The notes under the pieces: generated by a model
What the model was told of the DNA's origin: nothing
What the model saw: only the letters and a program-made list of their open reading frames with translations
Database searches by the model: none
Shown here: positions 55,783-64,000 of the stretch, in pieces
How the letters are laid out: every line of letters starts with the position of its first letter
Position numbering within the stretch: the stretch's first letter is position 1
Assembly: GCA_002726915.1 (NCBI GenBank)
Contig: PBSY01000018.1
Location: forward strand, 10,391 to 74,390
Direction: 5' to 3'
From: Verrucomicrobiales bacterium
Lineage (GTDB): Bacteria > Verrucomicrobiota > Verrucomicrobiia > Verrucomicrobiales > DEV007
DNA length: 64,000 nt
Translations under genes and position numbers: made by a program

Positions 55783-57273
55783 TCAGGAAAATAGTGTGAT
55801 GATCAGATTTGGATTCACGCCTACAGCGATAATGGCTACCGTCAGTATGATCATGGCAACTCGTGCGGGCGCACTCACGGGAATGCTGGAAATTTCCTCG
55901 CCGCTACCATCGTCTGAGGAAGTGGCAAAGAATACAGGTACTGCGATCTTGAGGTAATAGTAAAAGCCGGAGGCGGCACCGATCAGACCGATGATGAGAA
56001 GGGTCCAATTGCCCTGATCCGCGGCCATCTTGAAGACAAATAGTTTTCCGTAGAATCCGGCGGTCAGTGGGATTCCGGCCAGCGAAGCCATCGCGATAAT
56101 CAGCATGAATGCAAGGAAGGGAGAACGCTTGGCGAGGCCCTTGTAAGAATCGATTTCCTCACCCGCAATGCTATTGCGTACGGTCGTAACGACAAGGAAA
56201 ACCAGCAGTGTCATCAAGAGATAGGCACCAAGGTAAAAGGTCACAACCATTGCAGGCGAAAGGCTACCCACTGCACTCTTAGTGGGTGCAGATGCCAAGG
56301 CCATGAGAAGAAATCCGGCATGAGCCACGCTTGAATAAGCGAGGAGTCGCTTAAAGTTCTTTTGCGGCATGGCAGCAAGGTTGCCCATGATGAGGGTAAT
56401 ACCGGCGATTGCGGCAAGAACAAGGCAGATTTTCTCGGCGAGTACATCACTGGCTAGGAATGGTCCGATCAACCGCAGAAAAATGATGAAGCCTGCCGCT
56501 TTGGAACCTACTGAGAGGAATGCTGTGATTGGAGTTGGTGCACCCTGATAGACATCAGGAATCCAAAAGTGGAAAGGAGCTCCACCTACCTTGAAAGCAA
56601 GCGCCACTAGGATTAGGGCAAATGCAAAGAGTGCAGCAGCAGAGTTGACTTCAGGATCTGCAAGGGATGAAGCGATTTCGGCGAGTTGCATGCTGCCTGT
56701 GATACCAAACAACCAAGCGAAACCATAGACGAGAAAGCCAGTCGAAAGGGCGCCAAGAATCAGGTATTTAACACCTGCCTCTAGCGAACCAACGTTGCGT
56801 CGCAGGTAGGTCACGAGGATATAAAAAGTGATCGTCACTGTCTCCAATGAGACAAAGATACTGACAAGGTTGTTCGCTGATGCCATCAGCATAAGACCAG
56901 CGCAGGCAAAAACAGGCAGGGCAAAAAACTCTCCGAGGCCGGACTGGGGATGGGCTCCTTTTTCAGGGTCTGCTGTCTGGGCAACAACAATGTGGCGAAA
57001 GTCTACAGCCATGATCAGTACGATGATGGTTGTGATGACCGCTATACCTTTGTAAAAAAGAGAAATCTGGTCGTTGGCAGAATAAAACTGCCAGAAAGCG
57101 CCGTCGGCTGATTCTGGCCACTTCACGGCGAAGAGCAGGCCGAAAACGACGAGCAGGCCCACCATGCCGATCCAGGCGATAGAGCGCTTATCTTCGATCT
57201 TGGCAAAAGCATCAACCATCAGCATGAGCAGACCGAGGGTGACAACGATGATTTCCAGAAAGTAAACCGGCAT
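55783..57273 (-). CDS. nuoN: NADH-quinone oxidoreductase subunit N
   Basis: About 14-helix antiporter-like protein, last in the nuoH-I-J-K-L-M-N order. Confidence 0.9.
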   Translation of the reverse strand: MPVYFLEIIVVTLGLLMLMVDAFAKIEDKRSIAWIGMVGLLVVFGLLFAVKWPESADGAFWQFYSANDQISLFYKGIAVITTIIVLIMAVDFRHIVVAQTADPEKGAHPQSGLGEFFALPVFACAGLMLMASANNLVSIFVSLETVTITFYILVTYLRRNVGSLEAGVKYLILGALSTGFLVYGFAWLFGITGSMQLAEIASSLADPEVNSAAALFAFALILVALAFKVGGAPFHFWIPDVYQGAPTPITAFLSVGSKAAGFIIFLRLIGPFLASDVLAEKICLVLAAIAGITLIMGNLAAMPQKNFKRLLAYSSVAHAGFLLMALASAPTKSAVGSLSPAMVVTFYLGAYLLMTLLVFLVVTTVRNSIAGEEIDSYKGLAKRSPFLAFMLIIAMASLAGIPLTAGFYGKLFVFKMAADQGNWTLLIIGLIGAASGFYYYLKIAVPVFFATSSDDGSGEEISSIPVSAPARVAMIILTVAIIAVGVNPNLIITLFS

Positions 57274-57318
57274 AGGTTAGAAAGTTAAATCAGTAGAAAA
57301 TAGAAAATAAAAAGAAGC

Positions 57319-58815
57319 TCATCCAACGGCAGTGAGTATCACCATAACGGCAGGGCGGATGTATTGATTCAGAATTTCGGGAACGAATCCCACGGCCATG
57401 AGTGCGGCGAGGAGGATTAGGAGCGGGAGACGAGTGTTCCAACCAACGTCGCCCGGTGCTTCGACCTTTTTGGGGATGGGTCCCATAAAGATCGAGCGAT
57501 AGGCACGAAGCATATAAACCGCTGAAATGACCACGCCCCAGAGCGAGATGATTGTAGCCCACTGAATCCAGCCGAAACCGTCTTCCGCGCCAGCGAAGGC
57601 TCCGATGAAGACTTCGATCTCAGCAGCAAAATTAGCGAAACCGGGAAGCCCAGCTGAGGCGAAGGCCGCAAATCCAAAGATGAGGGCCAGCTTAGGAACC
57701 TGTTTACCGATACCTCCAAGCTTGTCAAAATCGAGGGTTCCGTATTTTTCTCGGAGCCAGCCACTCATAGCAAATAAAAGCGCGATCGAAATGCCGTGCC
57801 CGAACATAAGTAATACGGCACCGGACAGGCCCAGTTCGTTTCCTGCGGCTAGGCCAAGGAAAATGTAGCCCATGTGCATCACGCTGGAGTAACCCAGCAT
57901 GCGGTCGAGTGACTTCTGAGCGATAGTGACCAGCCCGATGTAAATGATGTTTCCTAGCAAGAGAAACAGGATCACATTAAGGAGAGCTTCGGCACCCGAA
58001 GGAGCAAAGGGGAGCGCCACGCGAATGATTCCATAGAGGCCAAACTTCTTAAGAACGCCGGCGTGTAGCATGGCGACCGGGGTGGGAGCCGCGGCGTAAG
58101 CCGGGGCCGCCCAGCTATGGAACGGGAAAAGGGAGACAAGAATACCAAAGCCGACCAGGAGGAGTAGGAAGACCCAGGCTTGCATTTGCGATGCCATTGG
58201 GCTTTCACTGGCCAAGGCAGTCAGCTCTTCGATATTGAAGGTTGAACCGCCTAGTCCGCTCACGGCAAGGATGAGACCAACCAGTAGGATCAAGGATCCT
58301 ACTCCCAAATAGATCGTGATAGTCCACGCGGTCTTTAGCCGGTCACTCCCGGCTCCGAAAATGCCGATCATGAGAAAGGTCGGGATTAGAGCCAGTTCGT
58401 GAAAGGCGTAGAGGAAGAAAAGATCAGTAGAGCAGAACGCTCCGAGAGCTCCTCCACCGATGAGAAGGAGGGAGAGGTAGTAGAGGCGTGGATTACGCTC
58501 AAGTTCCTCTTCCTTGGGTGAAACGAGGACCGCTGCTAACATCACGATAGCGGAGAGCAAAAGCATGACAAGGCTGATCCCGTCGAGACCGAACGAAAGA
58601 CTGAGGGATGGGAAACCGTCCATCTCAAGTAGTGGCCTCGTTGAGACCATCTGCATGGTTCCCTCAATGCTCGTGCTGAATTGGATGGCGGATACCAGGC
58701 TCATGATGAGCACCAGCACCGAGGCACTAAGAGCAATGAAGCGGGCAGGAGCACCTAATCCGATTGCCAGTGCGGCGAGGAGTGGTAGGAAAACGATGAT
58801 TTCGAGAATACTCAC
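57319..58815 (-). CDS. nuoM: NADH-quinone oxidoreductase subunit M
   Basis: Antiporter-like subunit, 498 aa, positioned between nuoL and nuoN. Confidence 0.9.
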   Translation of the reverse strand: MSILEIIVFLPLLAALAIGLGAPARFIALSASVLVLIMSLVSAIQFSTSIEGTMQMVSTRPLLEMDGFPSLSLSFGLDGISLVMLLLSAIVMLAAVLVSPKEEELERNPRLYYLSLLLIGGGALGAFCSTDLFFLYAFHELALIPTFLMIGIFGAGSDRLKTAWTITIYLGVGSLILLVGLILAVSGLGGSTFNIEELTALASESPMASQMQAWVFLLLLVGFGILVSLFPFHSWAAPAYAAAPTPVAMLHAGVLKKFGLYGIIRVALPFAPSGAEALLNVILFLLLGNIIYIGLVTIAQKSLDRMLGYSSVMHMGYIFLGLAAGNELGLSGAVLLMFGHGISIALLFAMSGWLREKYGTLDFDKLGGIGKQVPKLALIFGFAAFASAGLPGFANFAAEIEVFIGAFAGAEDGFGWIQWATIISLWGVVISAVYMLRAYRSIFMGPIPKKVEAPGDVGWNTRLPLLILLAALMAVGFVPEILNQYIRPAVMVILTAVG

Positions 58816-58837
58816 GGCTGTCCGGGGAATGGGTTAA

Positions 58838-60652
58838 TCAGGAAATAAGAAAGATGATGAGAGCCACGACGGAGATAGCGAACATGAAGGCGTAGGTCTG
58901 CACGTTGCCCATTTGAAAGATTCGAAGAATAGATCCCGCGGTCATTGCTGTCATGGCAGGAAAGCGGGCCACGAGCGGTTCGATGAGGTAGCGGTCAAGA
59001 AGATCGCAGATCTTCCCAACTCCGTCTTGGAAGATGGCTATAATTTTCTCGTAAATCTCGTCAATATAGAAGCGGTTGGCAAATGGAGGAATCGAAACCG
59101 GGTCTTTGTCTTTGCCTTTGTATAAGTAGATGGAGCTACCCACACCAACAACAAGGCCGATTAAAGAAAGCGTTGCCGTGAGGCCGAAGTGGCCAAAGAG
59201 ATGCTCGAAGTCAGCATGGCCGTTAGCCATCAGTGGCCCGGTTAGGAAATCATAGGCCGAGAAAATAGCCATGAAAGCGAGTAGAGCCAGCGGCAGCCAC
59301 ATGGTCGGTCCAACCTCCTTGGCGTGACTGGCATCCTTGCTGCGCTGCTTTCCGAAGAAAGTTACGATGACGAGGCGAGTCATGTAGAAAGGAGTGAGAA
59401 ATGCCACAATGATTGCGAGAGTGTAAGGCCCCCAAAGCTTCTCGTGGTGGGCAGCTTCAAGAATGGCTTCCTTACTCCAGAACCCTGACGTGAAGGGAAC
59501 TGCGATAAGAGCAGCCGTGCCGATAACGAACGTGATAAAAGTGATGGGCATCTTTTTGCGAAGACCCCCCATTTTCCAGATATCTTGCTGATGGTGGCAG
59601 GCAAAGATCACCGCGCCGGACCCTAGAAAAAGAAGCGCTTTGAAAAAGGCATGGGTGTAAAGGTGGAACATGCCGGCGTCGCTACCATGATGAATGCCCT
59701 GAGCCATGATCATGTAGCCAAGTTGGGAAAGGGTTGAGTAAGCAAGGATGCGCTTGATATCGTTTTGCTGAAGGGCCATCAGCGCAGCGACCAGAGCGGT
59801 GACAGCCCCGATCCAGGCAATAACAGTGGCGGCCACTTCGGCGCTTTCGACGAGGAAGGTGACGCGAGCCAGCATAAAAACTCCAGCGGCGACCATCGTA
59901 GCCGCATGAATCAAAGCGGATACTGGTGTGGGACCCTCCATCGCGTCTGGCAACCAGACATGAAGAGGTAACTGTGCCGACTTGCCAATTGCGCCGCAAA
60001 AAACGCAAAGGACGGCAATGTTGAGCAACTTGGCGTTTTCAACACCTCCGACGGCAGAGGCGATCTCATTGAAATAGATGGAACCTGTTAGGGTCCAGAC
60101 CATAAGGATGCCGATCATGAAACCAAAGTCACCGATTCGGTTGGTAAGAAATGCTTTTTTTGCTGCATCGGCAGCGGAAGCTTTTTCAAACCAATGGCCG
60201 ATAAGAATGTAGGAGCTCACTCCAACGAGTTCCCAGAAGATGAACATCATGATGAAATTGTCCGCGAGGACGATGCCCGTCATTGAGAACATGAAGAGGG
60301 AAAGGCCGGCAAAGTAGCGTGACTTGCCGGCGTCATCCCTCATGTAGGCAAGGGAGAAAAGGTGAACGAGAAAACCAATCGAGGTCACGATCAGCATCAT
60401 GCCGCGACTGAGATCATCGAGGGTCAGCCCGATATCAATTCTCAGCGCTTCGCCCATGTCGATCCAGGTGAAGGATGTGGCGGCGAGATCTTCACCACCA
60501 GCCAGTCGGATGCATAGGAACAGGGTGATGAGCGCAGAACCAGTCGACACCAGTGAAGCAAGTCCGGACCAGCGCTTCAGGCCGAGCAGGATTGAGGCCG
60601 CCACGACGAGAGGCAACAACAGAACGGTCCAGGCAGCGGTAGTCACATCCAT
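58838..60652 (-). CDS. nuoL: NADH-quinone oxidoreductase subunit L
   Basis: 604 aa antiporter-like subunit with a C-terminal lateral-helix extension. Follows nuoK. Confidence 0.9.
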   Translation of the reverse strand: MDVTTAAWTVLLLPLVVAASILLGLKRWSGLASLVSTGSALITLFLCIRLAGGEDLAATSFTWIDMGEALRIDIGLTLDDLSRGMMLIVTSIGFLVHLFSLAYMRDDAGKSRYFAGLSLFMFSMTGIVLADNFIMMFIFWELVGVSSYILIGHWFEKASAADAAKKAFLTNRIGDFGFMIGILMVWTLTGSIYFNEIASAVGGVENAKLLNIAVLCVFCGAIGKSAQLPLHVWLPDAMEGPTPVSALIHAATMVAAGVFMLARVTFLVESAEVAATVIAWIGAVTALVAALMALQQNDIKRILAYSTLSQLGYMIMAQGIHHGSDAGMFHLYTHAFFKALLFLGSGAVIFACHHQQDIWKMGGLRKKMPITFITFVIGTAALIAVPFTSGFWSKEAILEAAHHEKLWGPYTLAIIVAFLTPFYMTRLVIVTFFGKQRSKDASHAKEVGPTMWLPLALLAFMAIFSAYDFLTGPLMANGHADFEHLFGHFGLTATLSLIGLVVGVGSSIYLYKGKDKDPVSIPPFANRFYIDEIYEKIIAIFQDGVGKICDLLDRYLIEPLVARFPAMTAMTAGSILRIFQMGNVQTYAFMFAISVVALIIFLIS

Positions 60653-60678
60653 GAAATGGTCAGTCAGAAAATTGGTTT

Positions 60679-61005
60679 TTAATTTCTCATCGTGTTGAGC
60701 TTGCCGACATCGGTGGTCTCCCGTGAACGGAAAAGAGCAACGATGATGGCGAGGCCAACGGCCACTTCAGCAGCTGCAACGGTGATGATAAAGAAAAGCA
60801 AGACGTGGCCATCGTAGTTGGGCTGGCCGTCTTGGACGTTGAATCTTGAAAAGGCAACGAGGGTGAGGTTGGCGGCACTGAGCATGAGCTCAAGGCACAT
60901 AAAGATTACAATGAGATTACGGCGAACCAGTACGCCGGCCAGACCGATCGCAAATAGCAATCCGCTGAGAATAAGGAAGTGATCTAAGGTGAGAGCTGAT
61001 TCCAT
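60679..61005 (-). CDS. nuoK: NADH-quinone oxidoreductase subunit K
   Basis: About 100 aa, three helices, and a conserved EL...AAAE pattern. Confidence 0.9.
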   Translation of the reverse strand: MESALTLDHFLILSGLLFAIGLAGVLVRRNLIVIFMCLELMLSAANLTLVAFSRFNVQDGQPNYDGHVLLFFIITVAAAEVAVGLAIIVALFRSRETTDVGKLNTMRN

Positions 61006-61023
61006 TTCGTCTAAAGAAGCGCT

Positions 61024-61533
61024 TTATTTGAGTTCCCTCTTACTGAGCACGACCACACCGACCGTAGAGACCAGCAGAAGCACCGCGACTACCTGAATCG
61101 GGAACCAGTAAGTGCTGAAAAGAAGTTCACCGATTTGGTGGACGTCGGAGCTGCCCGTGCCCTTCACAGGCTCGATGGGAGGGAGCTTCGCAGAACCGAT
61201 ATCACTGCGCGTGATGACGGTAATCATAAGAGTCGCAAAACTGACCACAACTACGATCGAGGCACCCAGCGTGAATACTGGAAAGCGCTTCTTTTCTGCT
61301 TTTGGGATGTCGAGCAGCATGATGATAAAAAGGAAAAGAACCATGATTGCCCCCGCATAAACGAGAATCTGGAGAATGCCCACGAGGTAGGCATCTAACT
61401 GAATGAACAGTGCGGCGAGACCGAGAAAAGAGATAATCATCGAGAAGGCAGATGAAACCGGATTACGGTTCACCACCACGCCAATACCCCCCATCAGTGT
61501 CAAGGCGGCGAAGATGAAGAAGAAAAAAGTCAT
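61024..61533 (-). CDS. nuoJ: NADH-quinone oxidoreductase subunit J
   Basis: 169 aa hydrophobic protein, VYAGAIMVLFLF motif, operon position. Confidence 0.88.
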   Translation of the reverse strand: MTFFFFIFAALTLMGGIGVVVNRNPVSSAFSMIISFLGLAALFIQLDAYLVGILQILVYAGAIMVLFLFIIMLLDIPKAEKKRFPVFTLGASIVVVVSFATLMITVITRSDIGSAKLPPIEPVKGTGSSDVHQIGELLFSTYWFPIQVVAVLLLVSTVGVVVLSKRELK

Positions 61534-61579
61534 CCCGAGTGGGCGATTCGATTAGGGTATAATTATTTCAGCCGCTCTG

Positions 61580-62143
61580 CTACTTGAGCGCGTTCCACTT
61601 GTTCACCAAGCCGACGCGAACGCCACCAATTTCATAAAGCTTTTCTTTGTCGTGGACCATTTCCTCACGGCTGGTGCCGGTAATGGCGTAGTCCTTGCGA
61701 AGATAGATAGCTTGCTCGGGACAAACCTCTTCGCAGAATCCGCAATAGATGCAGCGGATCATATCGATATCGAAAACCTTAGGACGCTTTTCTACTTTGG
61801 CCCATTTGTCATCGGAGGGAATCTCTTCCGGTTTGATAGTGATGGCACGAGGCGGGCAGATGAATTCGCAGAGTTGGCAGGCGACACAACGTTCCCGTTC
61901 CTGCTCATCGGTTACAAGCGCAGGTGCACCGCGGTAGTGGTCTGGCAGATTGGCATCCCACTTTTCTTCAGGATACTGCATCGTGACTTTTGTGTTACCG
62001 CGGAGCATTTTGAAAAAGTGCCCAAGAGTGATGCGCAGGCCTTTAGCAAGCGCGGGGAGATAGAGGTGTTCCCACCACTTTAATTTAGGACGATCAACGA
62101 CAATGGCCATGGTTTGGGAGAGAGTTGAATTTACTTGAGCCAC
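61580..62143 (-). CDS. nuoI: NADH-quinone oxidoreductase subunit I
   Basis: Two 4Fe-4S motifs, CVACQLCEFICP and CIYCGFCEEVCP. GTG at 62143 overlaps nuoH; the alternative ATG is at 62110. Confidence 0.92.
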   Translation of the reverse strand: MAQVNSTLSQTMAIVVDRPKLKWWEHLYLPALAKGLRITLGHFFKMLRGNTKVTMQYPEEKWDANLPDHYRGAPALVTDEQERERCVACQLCEFICPPRAITIKPEEIPSDDKWAKVEKRPKVFDIDMIRCIYCGFCEEVCPEQAIYLRKDYAITGTSREEMVHDKEKLYEIGGVRVGLVNKWNALK

Positions 62144-63210
62144 ATCAGCAACAAGGCGGTAAGAATTACGTTGGCGAGAGCCAGTTCAAAGAAAACCACC
62201 CAGCCCAGTCTCATGAGCTGGTCGTAGCGGAAGCGGGGGAGCGTCCATCGCACCGCTATGAAGAAAAGGATAAAAAGGATCACTTTCGCGAAGAAAGCTC
62301 CAAGGTGAATAAGACCATGCCAGAAAGGGACTTCGGCATCAACGCTTTCCGGGGTGAGCCAGCCGAAAGGGAGGCTCCAACCACCAAAGAAGAGAGTCAC
62401 GGCGAGGCCTGAGCCTATGATCATAGCCGCGTATTCTCCGAGGAAGAATAACGCGAATTTCATGGAGCTGTATTCGGTGTGATAGCCGGCCACGAGCTCA
62501 GTTTCACACTCGGGAAGGTCAAAGGGAAGGCGGTTGGTTTCTGCAAACATGGATGTTGTGAAAACGACAAAAGAGATGAAGAGAGGGATGGACAGAAGCC
62601 AACCCTTTATGCTGAGGCCATCACCCCAGAGAGGAAGCAGCGCCCAACCATTCTGTGCTTGCTCCATGACGATATGACCAAGGTTGAGCTCTCCGTAAAT
62701 CATAAGCAGCGGAACAATGGAGAGGCCGAGTGAGATTTCGTAAGAAATCATCTGGCTGGTGGAACGAACGCTACCGAGGAATGGATACTTCGAGTTCGAT
62801 GCCCAGCCGGCAAGGACAATGCCGTAGACGGTTAGCGATGCGACGGCGAAGACGAAGAGGGGCCCGACGTCAAGGTCAGCGATTACCATCTTTTCCCCGA
62901 AGAGTTTGCTACCAAACGGAATAACCGCGCAGGTCAGCAAGGACGGGATCATGGTAAGGGCCGGAGCCAGCCAGTAGTAGGTTTTACGAACGTGATTTGG
63001 GGTGAAGTCCTCCTTAAGAAGGAATTTGATACCATCAGCGACGGGTTGCAGGAGACCGGCAGGGCCGACACGGTTCGGTCCGACACGGTCTTGAATCGCG
63101 GCGCTGACGCGTCGCTCCGCCCACACGGACATGGCCACGAGGGGCAATGTTACCAAGAACACAAAGACGACGATCTTTATGGTAGCGGCTAGGATGATAT
63201 ACCAATCCAT
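62131..63210 (-). CDS. nuoH: NADH-quinone oxidoreductase subunit H
   Basis: [20 protein letters not shown] and [27 protein letters not shown] signatures. Confidence 0.95.
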   Translation of the reverse strand: MDWYIILAATIKIVVFVFLVTLPLVAMSVWAERRVSAAIQDRVGPNRVGPAGLLQPVADGIKFLLKEDFTPNHVRKTYYWLAPALTMIPSLLTCAVIPFGSKLFGEKMVIADLDVGPLFVFAVASLTVYGIVLAGWASNSKYPFLGSVRSTSQMISYEISLGLSIVPLLMIYGELNLGHIVMEQAQNGWALLPLWGDGLSIKGWLLSIPLFISFVVFTTSMFAETNRLPFDLPECETELVAGYHTEYSSMKFALFFLGEYAAMIIGSGLAVTLFFGGWSLPFGWLTPESVDAEVPFWHGLIHLGAFFAKVILFILFFIAVRWTLPRFRYDQLMRLGWVVFFELALANVILTALLLMWLK

Positions 63211-63221
63211 AGGAATATATG

Positions 63222-64000
63222 TCAGCCTACGATGAGACCCTGAGTGATACGCTCTTTCTCGCGTTCCAGTAGAGGGATCGTTTTGCCGGTTTCAATAAGG
63301 GGTAGTCCTAGGTCTCCGATCCTGCCCCAGGTGAGGCCGGAAAATTCAGAGATTTCTTCAGTGAGTTGCTTAAAGATGTCGAGCGCCGAATAAATGCCGT
63401 TACCACCTCCAGTGACCTGGATGAGGTCGCGCACGACTTCCCAAGGTTCAAGGGTTTGGCCTGGGCCATCAATGACTTTGTTCAGTCTCTGGAGGCGACC
63501 GGCCACATTGATCATTGTGCCAGACTTTTCCGCCCAGCATCCTCCGGGCAAAACCACATCAGCGAAGTCGGCAGTCGGGTTAGCAATTGGGTGAGCGGTG
63601 AGGAAGAAGTCGAGTTTGTCGAGCGTTTCACCATCGAATCCTGCGTCATCGACGAGATTTTCCTGGAGACAGAGGAGAGCCTTGATGCGGCCCTCTTTGA
63701 TGCCTTTTTTAATGGCGTCAAGTTGCGAGCCCGGATTGTCGAGTCCGAGAACCAGCTTCACCCCGTTGGTGTTGGGGTTGCGATCAGCAGCGACTAGGTA
63801 ATTATCGTTTTCTCCCTCGCGGGGAACGGTGTCGACGTGTCCGACATTGAGATGCTTGACGAGGCGATTGACCATCAGCAACTCCTCATTGGTCATGCTA
63901 GCAGAGGCGATCACAGCGATTTCACTTCCTTCAATTCCGGCGAGTTTGTCAGCAGTGGTCGCGAGGGCTTCCTGCCAGGAGGTAATGCGATGGCTATTCC
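63222..64000 (-). CDS. nuoG: NADH-quinone oxidoreductase subunit G, C-terminal part (5' end outside window)
   Basis: The frame stays open to base 64000 beyond the ORF-track Met. Molybdopterin-oxidoreductase-like C-terminal domain immediately upstream of nuoH. Confidence 0.85.
   Translation of the reverse strand, partial: NSHRITSWQEALATTADKLAGIEGSEIAVIASASMTNEELLMVNRLVKHLNVGHVDTVPREGENDNYLVAADRNPNTNGVKLVLGLDNPGSQLDAIKKGIKEGRIKALLCLQENLVDDAGFDGETLDKLDFFLTAHPIANPTADFADVVLPGGCWAEKSGTMINVAGRLQRLNKVIDGPGQTLEPWEVVRDLIQVTGGGNGIYSALDIFKQLTEEISEFSGLTWGRIGDLGLPLIETGKTIPLLEREKERITQGLIVG

Noticed and set aside
1-64000. Search for CRISPR arrays, IS elements or transposases, integrases, prophage genes, toxin-antitoxin pairs, restriction-modification operons or reverse transcriptases.
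   Set aside because: None was recognised by eye in the six-frame translations or in the intergenic sequence. The only nuclease-type accessory gene is the single HNH endonuclease.

Overview
This 64 kb window is a densely packed, mostly housekeeping chromosomal segment with about 60 protein genes. I recognise no rRNA, tRNA, CRISPR array, transposase or integrase. The protein architectures suggest a Verrucomicrobiota/PVC-like Gram-negative, but that taxonomic guess is inference only. The relevant architectures are a beta-propeller dehydrogenase-like protein fused to a C-terminal CxxCH cytochrome c domain, an FGE-sulfatase-type lipoprotein, a long-form LeuA, an orphan secretin, BamA-Skp-LpxD and nuoG-N.

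Layout, in order:
- 5'-truncated LolD-like ABC ATPase.
- A long minus-strand array: acyP, ABC-2 ATPase, ABC-2 permease, anchored helical-repeat protein, metallophosphoesterase, GT9 heptosyltransferase, rnhA.
- LOG, thyA-folA, MidA-like methyltransferase.
- leuA with a leader terminator, followed by a HAD phosphatase.
- PNP and panE, YdeP-type molybdoenzyme, fumC with a DUF2249-like gene, SMUG1-like UDG, acnB, FGE-type lipoprotein.
- A stand-alone HNH endonuclease.
- asd, ispA and a small membrane protein.
- An unannotated Cys-rich mini-lipoprotein.
- psd, then surE, a class-3 lipase and two unknown secreted proteins.
- phoH, glnD, a PhoD-like phosphatase, ruvB, bamA-skp-lpxD, a beta-CASP MBL hydrolase, tadA, rpe, xseA, the orphan secretin, xseB-dxs.
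- The PVC-type heme protein, a DUF4105-like protein, and nuoN back to nuoG (3' part, truncated by the window end).

I did not find a convincing multi-gene novel system. The best leads are small-scale:
- A 50-aa triple-SCCG lipoprotein missed by the ORF track.
- A terminator-containing leuA leader with a Leu-rich mini-ORF.
- A C9 homopolymer inside a gene coupled to the ABC-2 transporter.
- A perfect hexanucleotide (Ala-Ser)11 repeat in the heme protein.
- The surE-lipase-unknown-unknown operon.

All coordinates, translations and structures were read by eye. All homology statements come from motif recognition, not from searches.
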